64,000 nt of DNA from assembly GCA_016208765.1 (NCBI GenBank), contig JACQXK010000001.1, positions 128,218 through 192,217 on the forward strand, in the 5' to 3' direction. Positions 53,901 through 63,413 of this stretch are shown here, one piece after another (within the stretch, counting starts at the first letter, position 1; the number at the start of each line of letters is the position of its first letter). Under the pieces are notes generated by a model. The model was not told where the DNA came from. It did no database searches and was given only the letters and a program-made list of their open reading frames with translations. This stretch comes from Candidatus Omnitrophota bacterium. Lineage in GTDB: Bacteria > Omnitrophota > Gorgyraeia > Gygaellales > Profunditerraquicolaceae. The position numbers and the translations under genes were made by a program.

Positions 53901-54692
53901 ATGAAGACTAAATTATTTTATTTTTCCGGGACAGGCAACTCTTTAAAAATAGCGCGTGATTTAGCTGAGGCATTAGGGGAAGCAGAGATCATCCCGCTTT
54001 CAAAAGCCATGGTTAATGATGAGGTGATTATAGATTCTGAATGTATGGGGATCATCTTCCCGGTTTATATGTTTGGAACACCTTTAATTGTAAACGAATT
54101 TATTAAGAAATTAAGATGTGCTAAAGAGCAGTACATTTTTGCTGTAGCAACGTATGGCGGCAGAGCAGGAAGCGCTCTTTTACAAGTAAAAGACAGGTTA
54201 TCCAAGCGCGGGCTTAAACTGTCTGCAGGATTTGCCGTGCTTATGCCGGGTAATTATACGCCGCTTTACGGCGCCATTACCCCAGAAAAGCAGCAAAAGA
54301 TATTTGACAGAGAAAAAATAAGGATTACAGAAATAGCTCAGATTGTAAAAGAGAGAAGGCCGTTTCGGATTGAGAGAAGCTCGGTAGTCTTTAATTTTCT
54401 TTCTAATTTTATTTATAAACTTTGCGCGCCGCATGTGTATAAAATGGACAAAGGTTTTTGGGTGGATGCAAAATGCAATAGTTGCGGCATATGTCAAAAA
54501 GTTTGCCCTGTTAGTAATATTAGAATGAAAGATGGCCATCCTGCATGGCTTGGCAGGTGCGAGCAGTGCCTGGCTTGTTTGCAGTGGTGCCCGCAGGAAG
54601 CGATTCAATATGGCAAGTCTACTTCCGGACGTAAACGCTACCACCATCCTGATGTTAATATACAAGATGTTATCCTGGGTGAGGAAAAATGA
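53901..54692 (+). CDS. EFR1-family flavodoxin-ferredoxin fusion
   Basis: YFSGTGNS, MPGNY, two CxxCxxCxxxCP. Confidence 0.92.
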   Translation: MKTKLFYFSGTGNSLKIARDLAEALGEAEIIPLSKAMVNDEVIIDSECMGIIFPVYMFGTPLIVNEFIKKLRCAKEQYIFAVATYGGRAGSALLQVKDRLSKRGLKLSAGFAVLMPGNYTPLYGAITPEKQQKIFDREKIRITEIAQIVKERRPFRIERSSVVFNFLSNFIYKLCAPHVYKMDKGFWVDAKCNSCGICQKVCPVSNIRMKDGHPAWLGRCEQCLACLQWCPQEAIQYGKSTSGRKRYHHPDVNIQDVILGEEK

Positions 54693-55633
54693 AAAAGAAG
54701 TTTATTATTATTCTGATTTGTTTTTTATCTCTGGTTGTTTTTTGTGTTGTCAGGGATTTTGTGATTAAGAACATTATTACAGTGGTCGTTACAAATGTTA
54801 CAGGGGCTCCTACTAATGTAGGAGGATTTTCTCTTAGCGTTATAAGGCAGTCTGTTAAGATAACTAATTTTAAAATGTATAGCCCTGAGGGATTTCCCAG
54901 GGATATTATGATCGATATTCCTTTGATGCGTGTTAGTTGCGATCTGCCCTCAATCTTAAAAGGAAAGATTTATCTTAAGGAGTTGGTTTTGGATTTAAGG
55001 GAGATGGGTTTGGTAAAAAATAAAGAAGGTAAACTAAACGTTGACTCGCTTAAAATCTCTCAGGCAAAAGGCGAGGTGAAGAAATCTACCAAGCAGATGC
55101 CCATACAAATAGATTTGGTGCAGTTAAATATTGGAAGAGTAGTAAATAAGGATTATAGTGCTCAGGGTGGCCCGGTAATCAAGGTGTATGATGTAGGAGT
55201 TAAGAAAACTTATAAAAATATTAGCAGTATTCAGCAGCTAATCGCGCTTATTATTGCAGAGTCATTAAAAGCAGCCGGTATACGGGGGCTTGGCATATAC
55301 GGTGTTTCTATGTTGACCGGAGTTGCAGCGCTTCCTGTGGCGGCAGCTTTTACTTTTGGCGGCAAAGATTATGCGCAGCAAGATTACAGTATTTCTTGGG
55401 ACAGGGCGTATGATGTAGGTTTAGCTGTGTTAAAAGAGTCGGGGAGAATAGGGAATGAGAACAAGGCCACCGGAGTGATCAGCGCTGATGTTGGAGGGGT
55501 CCAAGTAACGTTTAAGCTACAGAAAATATCAAATAATTCCACCCGAGTTACAGTTTCTGCCCGAAAGTTTATTCTTCCTCAGCCTGAAGTGGCTGCCGGA
55601 GTAATGTATAGAATATCGGAGAAACTCAAGTAG
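54689..55633 (+). CDS. Membrane-anchored AsmA-like protein with a DUF3568-like C-terminus
   Basis: N-terminal anchor, beta-rich body, C-terminal TRVTVSAR; family call by pattern only. Confidence 0.55.
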   Translation: MKKKFIIILICFLSLVVFCVVRDFVIKNIITVVVTNVTGAPTNVGGFSLSVIRQSVKITNFKMYSPEGFPRDIMIDIPLMRVSCDLPSILKGKIYLKELVLDLREMGLVKNKEGKLNVDSLKISQAKGEVKKSTKQMPIQIDLVQLNIGRVVNKDYSAQGGPVIKVYDVGVKKTYKNISSIQQLIALIIAESLKAAGIRGLGIYGVSMLTGVAALPVAAAFTFGGKDYAQQDYSISWDRAYDVGLAVLKESGRIGNENKATGVISADVGGVQVTFKLQKISNNSTRVTVSARKFILPQPEVAAGVMYRISEKLK

Positions 55634-55716
55634 AGAAAAAAGATATGCAAAAGACTTTAGCGGCTGTATTTTGTATTTTTCGCGGGGCATTGGTTAAATA
55701 ATCCTGACAACTTGTC

Positions 55717-55764
55717 GGCAATGGGGTTTGCCTTTAACTGCCTTAACGGCTGATAACTCCTACT
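55717..55764 (+). ncRNA. Fluoride (crcB) riboswitch
   Basis: GGCAATGGGGTTTGCC...AACTGCC...GGCTGATAACTCCTAC, directly upstream of crcB. Confidence 0.92.
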
Positions 55765-55782
55765 AAAAAAAGGAGGTATTAA

Positions 55783-56169
55783 GTGTTAAGGTTTTTTTTG
55801 GTTGCAGCAGGTGGAGCGATTGGAACGGGTTGCAGGTATCTGCTCTCAGGCCTTGATTATAAATTATCAGGAGGCATTTTTCCTGTCAGTACAATTTTTA
55901 TTAATCTTCTCGGTTCTTTTGTAATAGGCATTCTCTGGGGGCTTTTTGAACGCTCGGCTATATCTCCAAATATGAGGATGTTTGTTTTTATCGGTGTGCT
56001 TGGCGGGTTTACGACATTCTCAACTTTTTGCCTTGAGAATTTTAATCTTATCAGAGACGGAGAATTAAGGATTGCGCTGTGGAATATTCTTTTTAGTAAT
56101 TTGTTCGGGCTTCTGTTTGTGTTTATTGGTTTTGCTATCTCAAGATATTTGTTAAACATGCTAAAATAA
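55783..56169 (+). CDS. crcB: Fluoride channel Fluc/CrcB
   Basis: GGAIG...RY, NLLGSF, GGFTTFSTF. Confidence 0.96.
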   Translation: MLRFFLVAAGGAIGTGCRYLLSGLDYKLSGGIFPVSTIFINLLGSFVIGILWGLFERSAISPNMRMFVFIGVLGGFTTFSTFCLENFNLIRDGELRIALWNILFSNLFGLLFVFIGFAISRYLLNMLK

Positions 56170-56179
56170 GGGGTGAGAT

Positions 56180-56512
56180 ATGAAGTTACCGGAAGAAGGA
56201 ATGCTTTTAAGGATTTTTGTTGGCGAATCAGACCATTACCAGGGAAAGGCGCTTTACGAACAGGTTGTTTTAAAGGCAAGGGAAATCGGCCTTGCGGGGG
56301 CGACGGTAATCCGGGGGATAATGGGTTTTGGCGCGGATAGCCGGATGCACACAGCTAAATTGCTGCGGCTTTCAGAAGATCTGCCGGTTGTAATTGAGCT
56401 TGTTGACACGGAAGCAAATCTGAATAAATTAATGCCGTTTCTTGATGATGCAGTAACTGAAGGCCTTATTACGCTTGAAAAAGTCAGGGTAATAAAATAT
56501 CGGCATGCCTGA
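56180..56512 (+). CDS. DUF190 PII-like protein
   Basis: LRIFVGESD, AGATV.RG..GFG, LSEDLP; follows crcB. Confidence 0.92.
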   Translation: MKLPEEGMLLRIFVGESDHYQGKALYEQVVLKAREIGLAGATVIRGIMGFGADSRMHTAKLLRLSEDLPVVIELVDTEANLNKLMPFLDDAVTEGLITLEKVRVIKYRHA

Positions 56513-56547
56513 GTTTGACTGAAGTTTTTTTTTGGCCTACCTAAATC

Positions 56548-56587
56548 GGCGGTTCTAATTTCTTGTGGAAATAGAACCGCCCTTTTT
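56548..56587 (+). terminator. Intrinsic terminator
   Basis: ggcggttcta/tagaaccgcc followed by a T tract. Confidence 0.85.
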
Positions 56588-56611
56588 ATAACTAGATTAA
56601 TTAAGAAAAGA

Positions 56612-56664
56612 TTGACAAAGATACTGCATATGGTAAACTTGTTATGAACATATGTTCATAACAA
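56612..56664 (+). promoter_or_regulatory. Promoter with an adjoining 26-bp perfect palindromic operator
   Basis: ttgaca-N16-taaact (TG-extended); ttgttatgaacatatgttcataacaa at 56639-56664. Confidence 0.8.
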
Positions 56665-56670
56665 AGGAGT

Positions 56671-56979
56671 TTGATAATGAGGCCAAAGAAGACAAGGTGG
56701 ATTAAATGCGCCCCGCAGGAAAGATGTTTTAAGCCCTTATGTAAACCGTTAAGCAAATTAGAAGATGTTTATTTGACGCTTGATGAGTTTGAGGCTGTGC
56801 GTCTTGCTTGTGTTGAAGGATTAAAACAAATTGACGCCGCTAAGAAACTAAAGATTTCCAGGCCGACATTTTCAAGGATTTTGACTTCAGCCCAGAATAA
56901 AATTGCTGATGGTTTAGTTAATATTAAGGCGATCAGGATTGAGGGTGGTTGTTGTAAAATTGCAAAGAGGAGCAAATAA
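56671..56979 (+). CDS. DUF134 HTH DNA-binding protein
   Basis: RPKK.R, FKP, LTLDEFEAVRL, ISRPTFSRIL, IEGG. Confidence 0.9.
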   Translation: MIMRPKKTRWIKCAPQERCFKPLCKPLSKLEDVYLTLDEFEAVRLACVEGLKQIDAAKKLKISRPTFSRILTSAQNKIADGLVNIKAIRIEGGCCKIAKRSK

Positions 56980-58151
56980 TGAAGGATTGGAAAAATTTTT
57001 TATATATTGGGGCAGCGTTTTTGGCATGCTTTTATCTTCCTGTTGAAAATCTGCGTTTTAGCAATGCAATCTTTGAGGCTTTGGCGCTTGTTAAATGGTA
57101 TGCCAGGGAGCATGTACTCCTATGCCTTGTTCCTGCATTTTTTATTGCCGGTGCTATTTCTGTATTTGTGAGCCAGGCATCAGTTATAAAATACTTTGGG
57201 GCAAAGGCAAATAAATTTCTTTCGTATGGCGTGGCGTCGGTTTCAGGGACAATCTTAGCAGTTTGTTCATGCACAGTGTTGCCTTTATTTTCGGGAATTT
57301 ATAAAAGGGGAGCAGGGCTCGGGCCTGCAATTGCTTTTTTGTATTCTGGGCCTGCAATAAATATTTTAGCCATAATTCTAACTGCCCGAATCCTTGGGTG
57401 GCAGCTTGGGCTTGCCCGCGCAGTAGGCGCAATAATTTTTAGTATTGTAATTGGTTTATTAATGCACCTTATATTCTTAAAGGAAGAAAGGGCCCGTCAT
57501 GCAAATGGAGATTTTAACGTTGGAGAGGTAAAAGAAACCCGATCTTTAGGTAAAACCGTTCTTTATTTTACTTCCATGGTAGTGTTTCTTGTATTTGCTA
57601 ATTGGGGTAAACCCATTGAAGGAGATCATGGGATTTGGTCAGCAATTTATCAGTATAAATGGTGGGTTGCCGGTTTTTCTCTCGTCGCTCTAACTGTTAT
57701 GCTTTTTAAATGGTTCAAAAAAGATGAATTAAAGCAATGGACCGGCGCAACATGGGAATTCGCGCTTCAGATACTGCCACTTCTGTTGGGTGGAGTTTTG
57801 ATTTCTGGTTTTCTTTTGGGCAGGGTTGGTCATGAGGGTATTATTCCTTCGCGCTGGGTTGAAATGCTGGTCGGTGGCAATTCTTTTCGGGCAAATTTCT
57901 TTTCATCAATTGTAGCGGCGTTTATGTATTTCGCCACGCTCACTGAGGTGCCAATTTTGCAGGGTTTAATCGGATCGGGAATGGGGAAGGGGCCTGCTTT
58001 GGCGCTTCTTTTGTCCGGGCCTGCATTAAGCCTACCAAGCATGCTTGTGTTGAGGAGTATAATGGGAACAAAGAAAACAATTGTTTATATAAGTTTGGTT
58101 ATAATCATGTCTACTATAACGGGGATGTTTTTTGGTTTTATTGTTAAATAG
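56979..58151 (+). CDS. ArsP/DUF318-family permease
   Basis: AVCSCTVLP, SGPAIN, YFATLTEVP, GPALSLP. Confidence 0.88.
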   Translation: MKDWKNFLYIGAAFLACFYLPVENLRFSNAIFEALALVKWYAREHVLLCLVPAFFIAGAISVFVSQASVIKYFGAKANKFLSYGVASVSGTILAVCSCTVLPLFSGIYKRGAGLGPAIAFLYSGPAINILAIILTARILGWQLGLARAVGAIIFSIVIGLLMHLIFLKEERARHANGDFNVGEVKETRSLGKTVLYFTSMVVFLVFANWGKPIEGDHGIWSAIYQYKWWVAGFSLVALTVMLFKWFKKDELKQWTGATWEFALQILPLLLGGVLISGFLLGRVGHEGIIPSRWVEMLVGGNSFRANFFSSIVAAFMYFATLTEVPILQGLIGSGMGKGPALALLLSGPALSLPSMLVLRSIMGTKKTIVYISLVIIMSTITGMFFGFIVK

Positions 58152-58160
58152 GGAGGGGTA

Positions 58161-58394
58161 ATGAAAATAGAGATTTTAGGAGTTGGTTGCCCTAAATGCA
58201 AACAGCTTACAGCGAACGCCGAAGCAGCGGTAAAAGAACTCGGCATCTGCGCAGAAATTGTTAAAGTAGCAGATATAACGAAGATTACCGAATATGGCGT
58301 AATGATGACTCCTGCATTAGTCATTGACGGGACAGTGTTTTCGGCTGGAAAGGTTTTGAACAAAGATGAAATTAAGAAGATTATTTCAAAATAA
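58161..58394 (+). CDS. Small redox-active disulfide protein (MTH895/ArsE-type thioredoxin)
   Basis: ILG.GCPKC, YGVMMTPALVIDG. Confidence 0.9.
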   Translation: MKIEILGVGCPKCKQLTANAEAAVKELGICAEIVKVADITKITEYGVMMTPALVIDGTVFSAGKVLNKDEIKKIISK

Positions 58395-58406
58395 CAGGAG
58401 GATTGG

Positions 58407-58829
58407 TTGAAGAAAATATTTTTGGTAATTCTGTCGGTTATTACGGCAATTAACATAAGTTCTTTGGCGGTTGCCCAAGATAAACAGCCAGCCAAGGTAA
58501 TAGCATACTATTTTCATGGAACGTTCCGCTGCCCGACGTGTATCAATATGGAAAAGTATTCAAGGGAAGCGATTGATACAAATTTTAAAGAAGCTGTTGA
58601 TTCAGGCAGGCTTGAGTTTACGGTGGTTAACATTGAAGATAAAGGAAATGAGCATTATGCCGGTGATTATCAGCTTTATACCAAATCTCTTGTTCTTTCT
58701 TTGGTTAAAGATGGCAAAGAAGTCAAATCAAAAAATCTTGATAAAATCTGGGAGTACTCTCGCGACAAGAAAAAGTTTATTGAATATGTGACTGGCGAGG
58801 TAGATGGATTTATGAAGGAAGGACAGTGA
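58407..58829 (+). CDS. Exported thioredoxin-like protein (ArsF-like)
   Basis: Signal peptide; YYFH.T.RCPTC..ME. Confidence 0.8.
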   Translation: MKKIFLVILSVITAINISSLAVAQDKQPAKVIAYYFHGTFRCPTCINMEKYSREAIDTNFKEAVDSGRLEFTVVNIEDKGNEHYAGDYQLYTKSLVLSLVKDGKEVKSKNLDKIWEYSRDKKKFIEYVTGEVDGFMKEGQ

Positions 58830-59515
58830 TGGGAATCTTAATTGTTTTTGGGTCAGCGTTCTGGTTGGGAATATTAACCTCAATCAGCCCTTGTCCGCTG
58901 GCGACAAATATTGCGGCGGTATCGTTTCTTTCCAAAAAGATCGCGCACCCATTTATGGTATTTCTTTCAGGCCTTGCTTATACAGTCGGGCGGATGGTTG
59001 CGTATGCCACACTTGGGTGGATAATTATTAATTCGTTTTTGAGTGTGCCTGAGGTTGCTCAGTTCTTGCAGAAATATATGGGCAAGGCATTGGGGCCTTT
59101 GTTGATAGTTACAGGGTTATTCTTATTAGAAATCATCACGATTAAATTACCTGGAGTCGCTTTGTCTCAAAAGCATCACAATAAACTCGTTGAGTCCGGA
59201 GCGCCGGGAGCTTTCCTGCTGGGGATAATCTTTGCATTGGCATTTTGTCCGGTTTCAGCGGCGTTGTTCTTTGGCAGCCTTATCCCTTTGGCGCTTAATA
59301 ACAAAGCAGGGACAATATTACCGTTTATCTACGGAGTGGGGACAGGGCTTCCGGTATTCATATTTTCAGTAGCTATCGCCTTAGGTGTTACCTCAATGAG
59401 CCATTGGTTCCATAAGATCACAAAACTTGAGTACTATACCCGCAGAATTACAGGCGTTATTTTTATCTTTGCGGGATTGTATTATATAGGAATTTATATT
59501 TTAAAATTATTTTAA
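58826..59515 (+). CDS. ArsG-like / CcdA-DsbD-type membrane protein
   Basis: [10 protein letters not shown] and LAFCP.SAALFF. Confidence 0.8.
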   Translation: MMGILIVFGSAFWLGILTSISPCPLATNIAAVSFLSKKIAHPFMVFLSGLAYTVGRMVAYATLGWIIINSFLSVPEVAQFLQKYMGKALGPLLIVTGLFLLEIITIKLPGVALSQKHHNKLVESGAPGAFLLGIIFALAFCPVSAALFFGSLIPLALNNKAGTILPFIYGVGTGLPVFIFSVAIALGVTSMSHWFHKITKLEYYTRRITGVIFIFAGLYYIGIYILKLF

Positions 59516-59526
59516 GAGGAGAAAAC

Positions 59527-60606
59527 GTGGAGCATGTTGTTTATGAAGAACGGCGTTTAAGTTTTTTTGAGAAATATCTGACTGTTTGGGTTTTTGCTTG
59601 TATCGGGATAGGAATACTTCTGGGTAAGTTTTTTCCGGCAGTAGCCCTTATTTTGGATAAATTATCCGTTTATCAGGTGTCTATCCCCATTGCTATTTGT
59701 TTGTTTTTTATGATGTATCCAATCATGGTCAAGATTGATTTTGCCGAAGTGATTAAGGCAGGAAAGGCCCCTAAACCGGTAATCCTTACATTGGTAGTAA
59801 ATTGGTGCATAAAACCATTTACTATGCTTGCTATTGCGTGGTTGTTTTTGGGAGTGTTGTTTAAAGGATGGCTTCCAGGTATGGAGATTGTGAAGGGAGG
59901 GGCGCAGGTAGAATTGTTCAGGTCATATATTGCCGGATGTATTTTGCTTGGCATTGCACCTTGCACTGCGATGGTTTTAATCTGGGGTCATTTAGCCCGT
60001 GGTAACGACGGGCATACTCTTGTTATGGTAGCAATTAATTCGTTGACGATGCTATTTCTCTATGCGCCTCTGGGGGGCTGGCTTTTGGGCGTAAATAAAA
60101 TGCCTATTCCATGGCAAACTATCGTTTTGTCTGTGGTTATTTATGTCGGCCTGCCGCTATTCTTGGGGTATTATTCAAGAAAATTAATAATTGCTAAGAA
60201 GGGTTTCAAATGGTTTGAAGAAAAGTTCTTGCATTATCTGACGCCGGTTTCTATTTGTGCGTTACTTCTCACGCTTGTTTTATTGTTTTCGTTTAAGGGT
60301 GAGTTGATAATTAATCAACCGCAGATTATCTTTCTAATAGCTGTTCCTCTTTTTATTCAGACCTGTTTTATTTTTTTCATTTCATATATATTAGCTAAAT
60401 GGCTCAAGTTGTCCTATCGCGATGCGGCTCCTTCGGCCTTAGTCGGAGCAAGCAATCATTTTGAGGTGGCAATTGCCACCTCAACCATTCTTTTTGGGCT
60501 TTCTTCAGGCGCTTCGCTGGCAACTGTTGTCGGCGTCTTAATAGAAGTTCCGGTTATGCTTATGCTGGTTAAGATTTGTTTAAAGACACAAAATTGGTTT
60601 AAATAA
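59527..60606 (+). CDS. acr3: ACR3-family arsenite efflux transporter
   Basis: [30 protein letters not shown]. Confidence 0.95.
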   Translation: MEHVVYEERRLSFFEKYLTVWVFACIGIGILLGKFFPAVALILDKLSVYQVSIPIAICLFFMMYPIMVKIDFAEVIKAGKAPKPVILTLVVNWCIKPFTMLAIAWLFLGVLFKGWLPGMEIVKGGAQVELFRSYIAGCILLGIAPCTAMVLIWGHLARGNDGHTLVMVAINSLTMLFLYAPLGGWLLGVNKMPIPWQTIVLSVVIYVGLPLFLGYYSRKLIIAKKGFKWFEEKFLHYLTPVSICALLLTLVLLFSFKGELIINQPQIIFLIAVPLFIQTCFIFFISYILAKWLKLSYRDAAPSALVGASNHFEVAIATSTILFGLSSGASLATVVGVLIEVPVMLMLVKICLKTQNWFK

Positions 60607-60634
60607 TAGCGGTATAAAAACAGGCAGGATAAAT

Positions 60635-60677
60635 GAACGGTTTTGTTTTCTCTTAGGAAAATAAGCCGTTCTTTTTT
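60635..60677 (+). terminator. Intrinsic terminator after acr3
   Basis: gaacggtt...agccgttc stem followed by a T tract. Confidence 0.75.
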
Positions 60678-60710
60678 ATTTGTGCAGTTTAATTAAGAGC
60701 TTACAAAAAT

Positions 60711-60725
60711 TGATAATTATTATAT
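60711..60725 (+). promoter_or_regulatory. Fur/PerR-like 7-1-7 box upstream of rubrerythrin
   Basis: tgataat-t-attatat versus consensus TGATAAT-N-ATTATCA. Confidence 0.5.
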
Positions 60726-60757
60726 AATAGTAAACACAAACAAAAAGGGAGGTTAAG

Positions 60758-61336
60758 ATGGGAAAATCAATAAAAGGCACAAAAACAGAGCAGAATCTTT
60801 TAAAGGCATTTGCCGGCGAGTCGCAGGCGCGTAACAGGTATACTTATTTTGCAAGTGCCGCAAGAAAAGAAGGGCTTGAGCAAATAGCCAATATTTTTGC
60901 TGAGACTGCCGAGAATGAAAAAGAGCATGCTAAAGTTTTCTTTAAATACCTTGAGGGTGGAGATGTGGAGATAACTGCGACGTATCCTGCAGGCGCAATC
61001 AGGGATACCAAGACAAATCTTGAAGAAGCAGCAGCAGGCGAGAATCTGGAATGGACTTCGCTTTATCAGGATTTTGCAAAGACAGCCAAGGATGAAGGGT
61101 TTCCTGAGGTGGCTCGTTCATTTGAGCAGGTAGCAAAAGTAGAAAGATTCCATGAATCGCGTTATCGTAAGCTGATCAATAATATCGCAAATCAGGAGAT
61201 ATTTAAAAAGAAGTCTACAGTGAAATGGCATTGTATTAATTGCGGATATGTTATTGAGGCAGGAGAGGCGCCTAAAGAGTGCCCTGCATGTAAGCACCCT
61301 CAGGCGTATTATGAGGTATTGGCTGAAAATTATTAA
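60758..61336 (+). CDS. rbr: Rubrerythrin
   Basis: [22 protein letters not shown] and CP.C. Confidence 0.96.
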   Translation: MGKSIKGTKTEQNLLKAFAGESQARNRYTYFASAARKEGLEQIANIFAETAENEKEHAKVFFKYLEGGDVEITATYPAGAIRDTKTNLEEAAAGENLEWTSLYQDFAKTAKDEGFPEVARSFEQVAKVERFHESRYRKLINNIANQEIFKKKSTVKWHCINCGYVIEAGEAPKECPACKHPQAYYEVLAENY

Positions 61337-61355
61337 TTTAAGGAAACCTTAAGAG

Positions 61356-62582
61356 ATGAAGCGCAAGGCAATTAATCTTATTATTCTTTTCGGGCTTGTA
61401 AGTCTTTTTGGCGATATTGTATATGAGGGCGCGCGTAGTATTAACGGGCCTTATTTAAAACTGCTTGCGGTTAATGCAACTACTCTGGGTTTAATAGCCG
61501 GGGTGGGCGAATTTTTGGGGTATGCTCTGCGTTTAGTTTCTGGATACTTGTCAGATAAAACAAAATCATATTGGCTGCTTACATTTTCTGGATATGGCTT
61601 GTTAATTGTCGTACCGCTTCTTTCTTTAGCAGGGGTTTGGCAGGTTGCTGCTCTTTTTATAGTATTAGAACGCGTCGGTAAGGCGATCCGTAATCCGGCA
61701 AGAGACACCATTCTTTCTCAGGCAAGCTCGCAGGTTGGTACAGGATTTGGATTTGGCCTGCATGAGGCAATGGATCAGATTGGAGCAGTTACCGGCCCAT
61801 TAATTTTCTATTTCTTATTTGTTATTTCAGGCAAAAACACCGGTATTGCTGATTATAAAAAAGGATACGCTTTTTTATGGATCCCATTTTTACTGGTCAT
61901 ATTATGTTTGTTTGTGGCTTTTCGTAAAGTGCCTCATCCTGAAGTTCTTGAGATAGAGAAAAAGAATAAAATACCTGACAAGCTTTCCAAACTTTTTTGG
62001 CTGTATACTTTTTTCTCTTTTGCCGCTACTGCCGGATTCTGTAGTTTTATTCTGGCTGCTTTTCATTTTAAATCTACCGGTGTTTTGTCAGATGCCCAAA
62101 TACCGTTATTTTATGCCATAGCCATGGGGGTTGATGCAGTTGCAGCACTTTTAATAGGAAAGTTTTATGATGTATTAAAAAATAAAAGCAATAATCAGAA
62201 TGCCGGGCTTAATTTGCTGGTGGTTATACCATTAATATCAATTTTAATACCAATTTTTGTATTCTCAAAAAGTATTAATTTTATAATAATCGGCGTTATC
62301 TGTTGGGGCATAGTTATGGGAATTCAAGAAACAATCATGAGGTCTGCAATTGCCGATATAACTTCTTTAAATAAACGCGGCACAGGATATGGTATTTTTA
62401 ATACTGCTTACGGCCTGGCGGTATTTTTGGGAAGTTTTTTATTGGGATTTTTATATGATCGTTCGGTAGCTTTTATAATTCTTGCGGTTATACTTATTGA
62501 GTCAGCAGCGCTTGTTGTATTCTTCTTAATGAGAAAAGAGGCGCAGCTGCAAGAAAAAGTGGCAGTTGAGTTTCAAGCTTAG
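61356..62582 (+). CDS. MFS transporter
   Basis: About 12 TM segments; GYLSD, ERVGKAIR.PARD, RGTGYG. Confidence 0.9.
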   Translation: MKRKAINLIILFGLVSLFGDIVYEGARSINGPYLKLLAVNATTLGLIAGVGEFLGYALRLVSGYLSDKTKSYWLLTFSGYGLLIVVPLLSLAGVWQVAALFIVLERVGKAIRNPARDTILSQASSQVGTGFGFGLHEAMDQIGAVTGPLIFYFLFVISGKNTGIADYKKGYAFLWIPFLLVILCLFVAFRKVPHPEVLEIEKKNKIPDKLSKLFWLYTFFSFAATAGFCSFILAAFHFKSTGVLSDAQIPLFYAIAMGVDAVAALLIGKFYDVLKNKSNNQNAGLNLLVVIPLISILIPIFVFSKSINFIIIGVICWGIVMGIQETIMRSAIADITSLNKRGTGYGIFNTAYGLAVFLGSFLLGFLYDRSVAFIILAVILIESAALVVFFLMRKEAQLQEKVAVEFQA

Positions 62583-62589
62583 GTGGGAA

Positions 62590-63387
62590 ATGTCCAAAAT
62601 GAAAGTATTTAGAATAGCGATTTTATCCATTGTTGCATTGTTTATCGTTGGAATAACTGTATGGATACAGCAGGGTGAAGACAGGGATGCTTTATACCAG
62701 GTTTCTGTTTTAAGAGGCCTGATGCAAGGAGATTATGACGGGAAGATTGCTTTGCATACGATTCGCAGCCACGGAGATTTTGGTTTAGGTACATTTGACC
62801 GCCTTGATGGAGAAGCAATAGAATTGGATGGAGTATTCTATCAGGTTAAAGCAGACGGAAAAGTGAAGCGAGTGGATAGCAATGTTAAGTCTCCTTTTGC
62901 TATGGCCACATTTTTCAACAGCGATATGGAATTTCACCTTGACCAGGATTCGGATTACGTTTCTCTGCAGCAATTAATTGATAGCCGCCTTCCAACAAAG
63001 AATATTCCTTATGCAATCAAAATTGAGGGTAAATTCAGCTATGTTAAGGTCAGAAGCGTTCCGGAGCAGAATAAACCGTATCCTTTCTTGTCTGAAGTTA
63101 TTAAGAATCAAAGCGTGTTTGAGTTTAAAGATATTGAAGGCACATTGATAGGTTTTAGAATGCCAGATTGCATGCAAAGCGTGAATGTCCCCGGGTATCA
63201 TATGCATTTTTTAAGCCGCGATAAAACAAAGGGAGGACATGTCTTGGGGCTTTCGTTAAATAACGCAGTGATTAAGATTGATGATATTAATCGTTTTATA
63301 ATGGAGCTTCCGAAAAGCCAAGATTTCTATAATCTTGACTTTTCTGTTAGTGCCGATGATGGTCTGGCAACTGAAAAGAGCAAATAG
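62590..63387 (+). CDS. budA: Alpha-acetolactate decarboxylase with an N-terminal hydrophobic anchor (start uncertain)
   Basis: HGDFGLGT, LDGE, RSVP.Q..PY, GYHMHF, GGHVL. Confidence 0.88.
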   Translation: MSKMKVFRIAILSIVALFIVGITVWIQQGEDRDALYQVSVLRGLMQGDYDGKIALHTIRSHGDFGLGTFDRLDGEAIELDGVFYQVKADGKVKRVDSNVKSPFAMATFFNSDMEFHLDQDSDYVSLQQLIDSRLPTKNIPYAIKIEGKFSYVKVRSVPEQNKPYPFLSEVIKNQSVFEFKDIEGTLIGFRMPDCMQSVNVPGYHMHFLSRDKTKGGHVLGLSLNNAVIKIDDINRFIMELPKSQDFYNLDFSVSADDGLATEKSK

Positions 63388-63413
63388 TTTATTTTAAACA
63401 ACAGGAGGAGATA

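Noticed and set aside
53629-53904. Alternative 91-aa ORF overlapping the Cys/Trp protein
   Set aside because: No motif; the 53655-53882 frame has a coherent Cys pattern and an ATG start.
55645-55701. Short ORF (MQKTLAAVFCIFRGALVK) before the fluoride riboswitch as a leader peptide
   Set aside because: No clear RBS or coding evidence; the region is better explained as promoter and 5' UTR.
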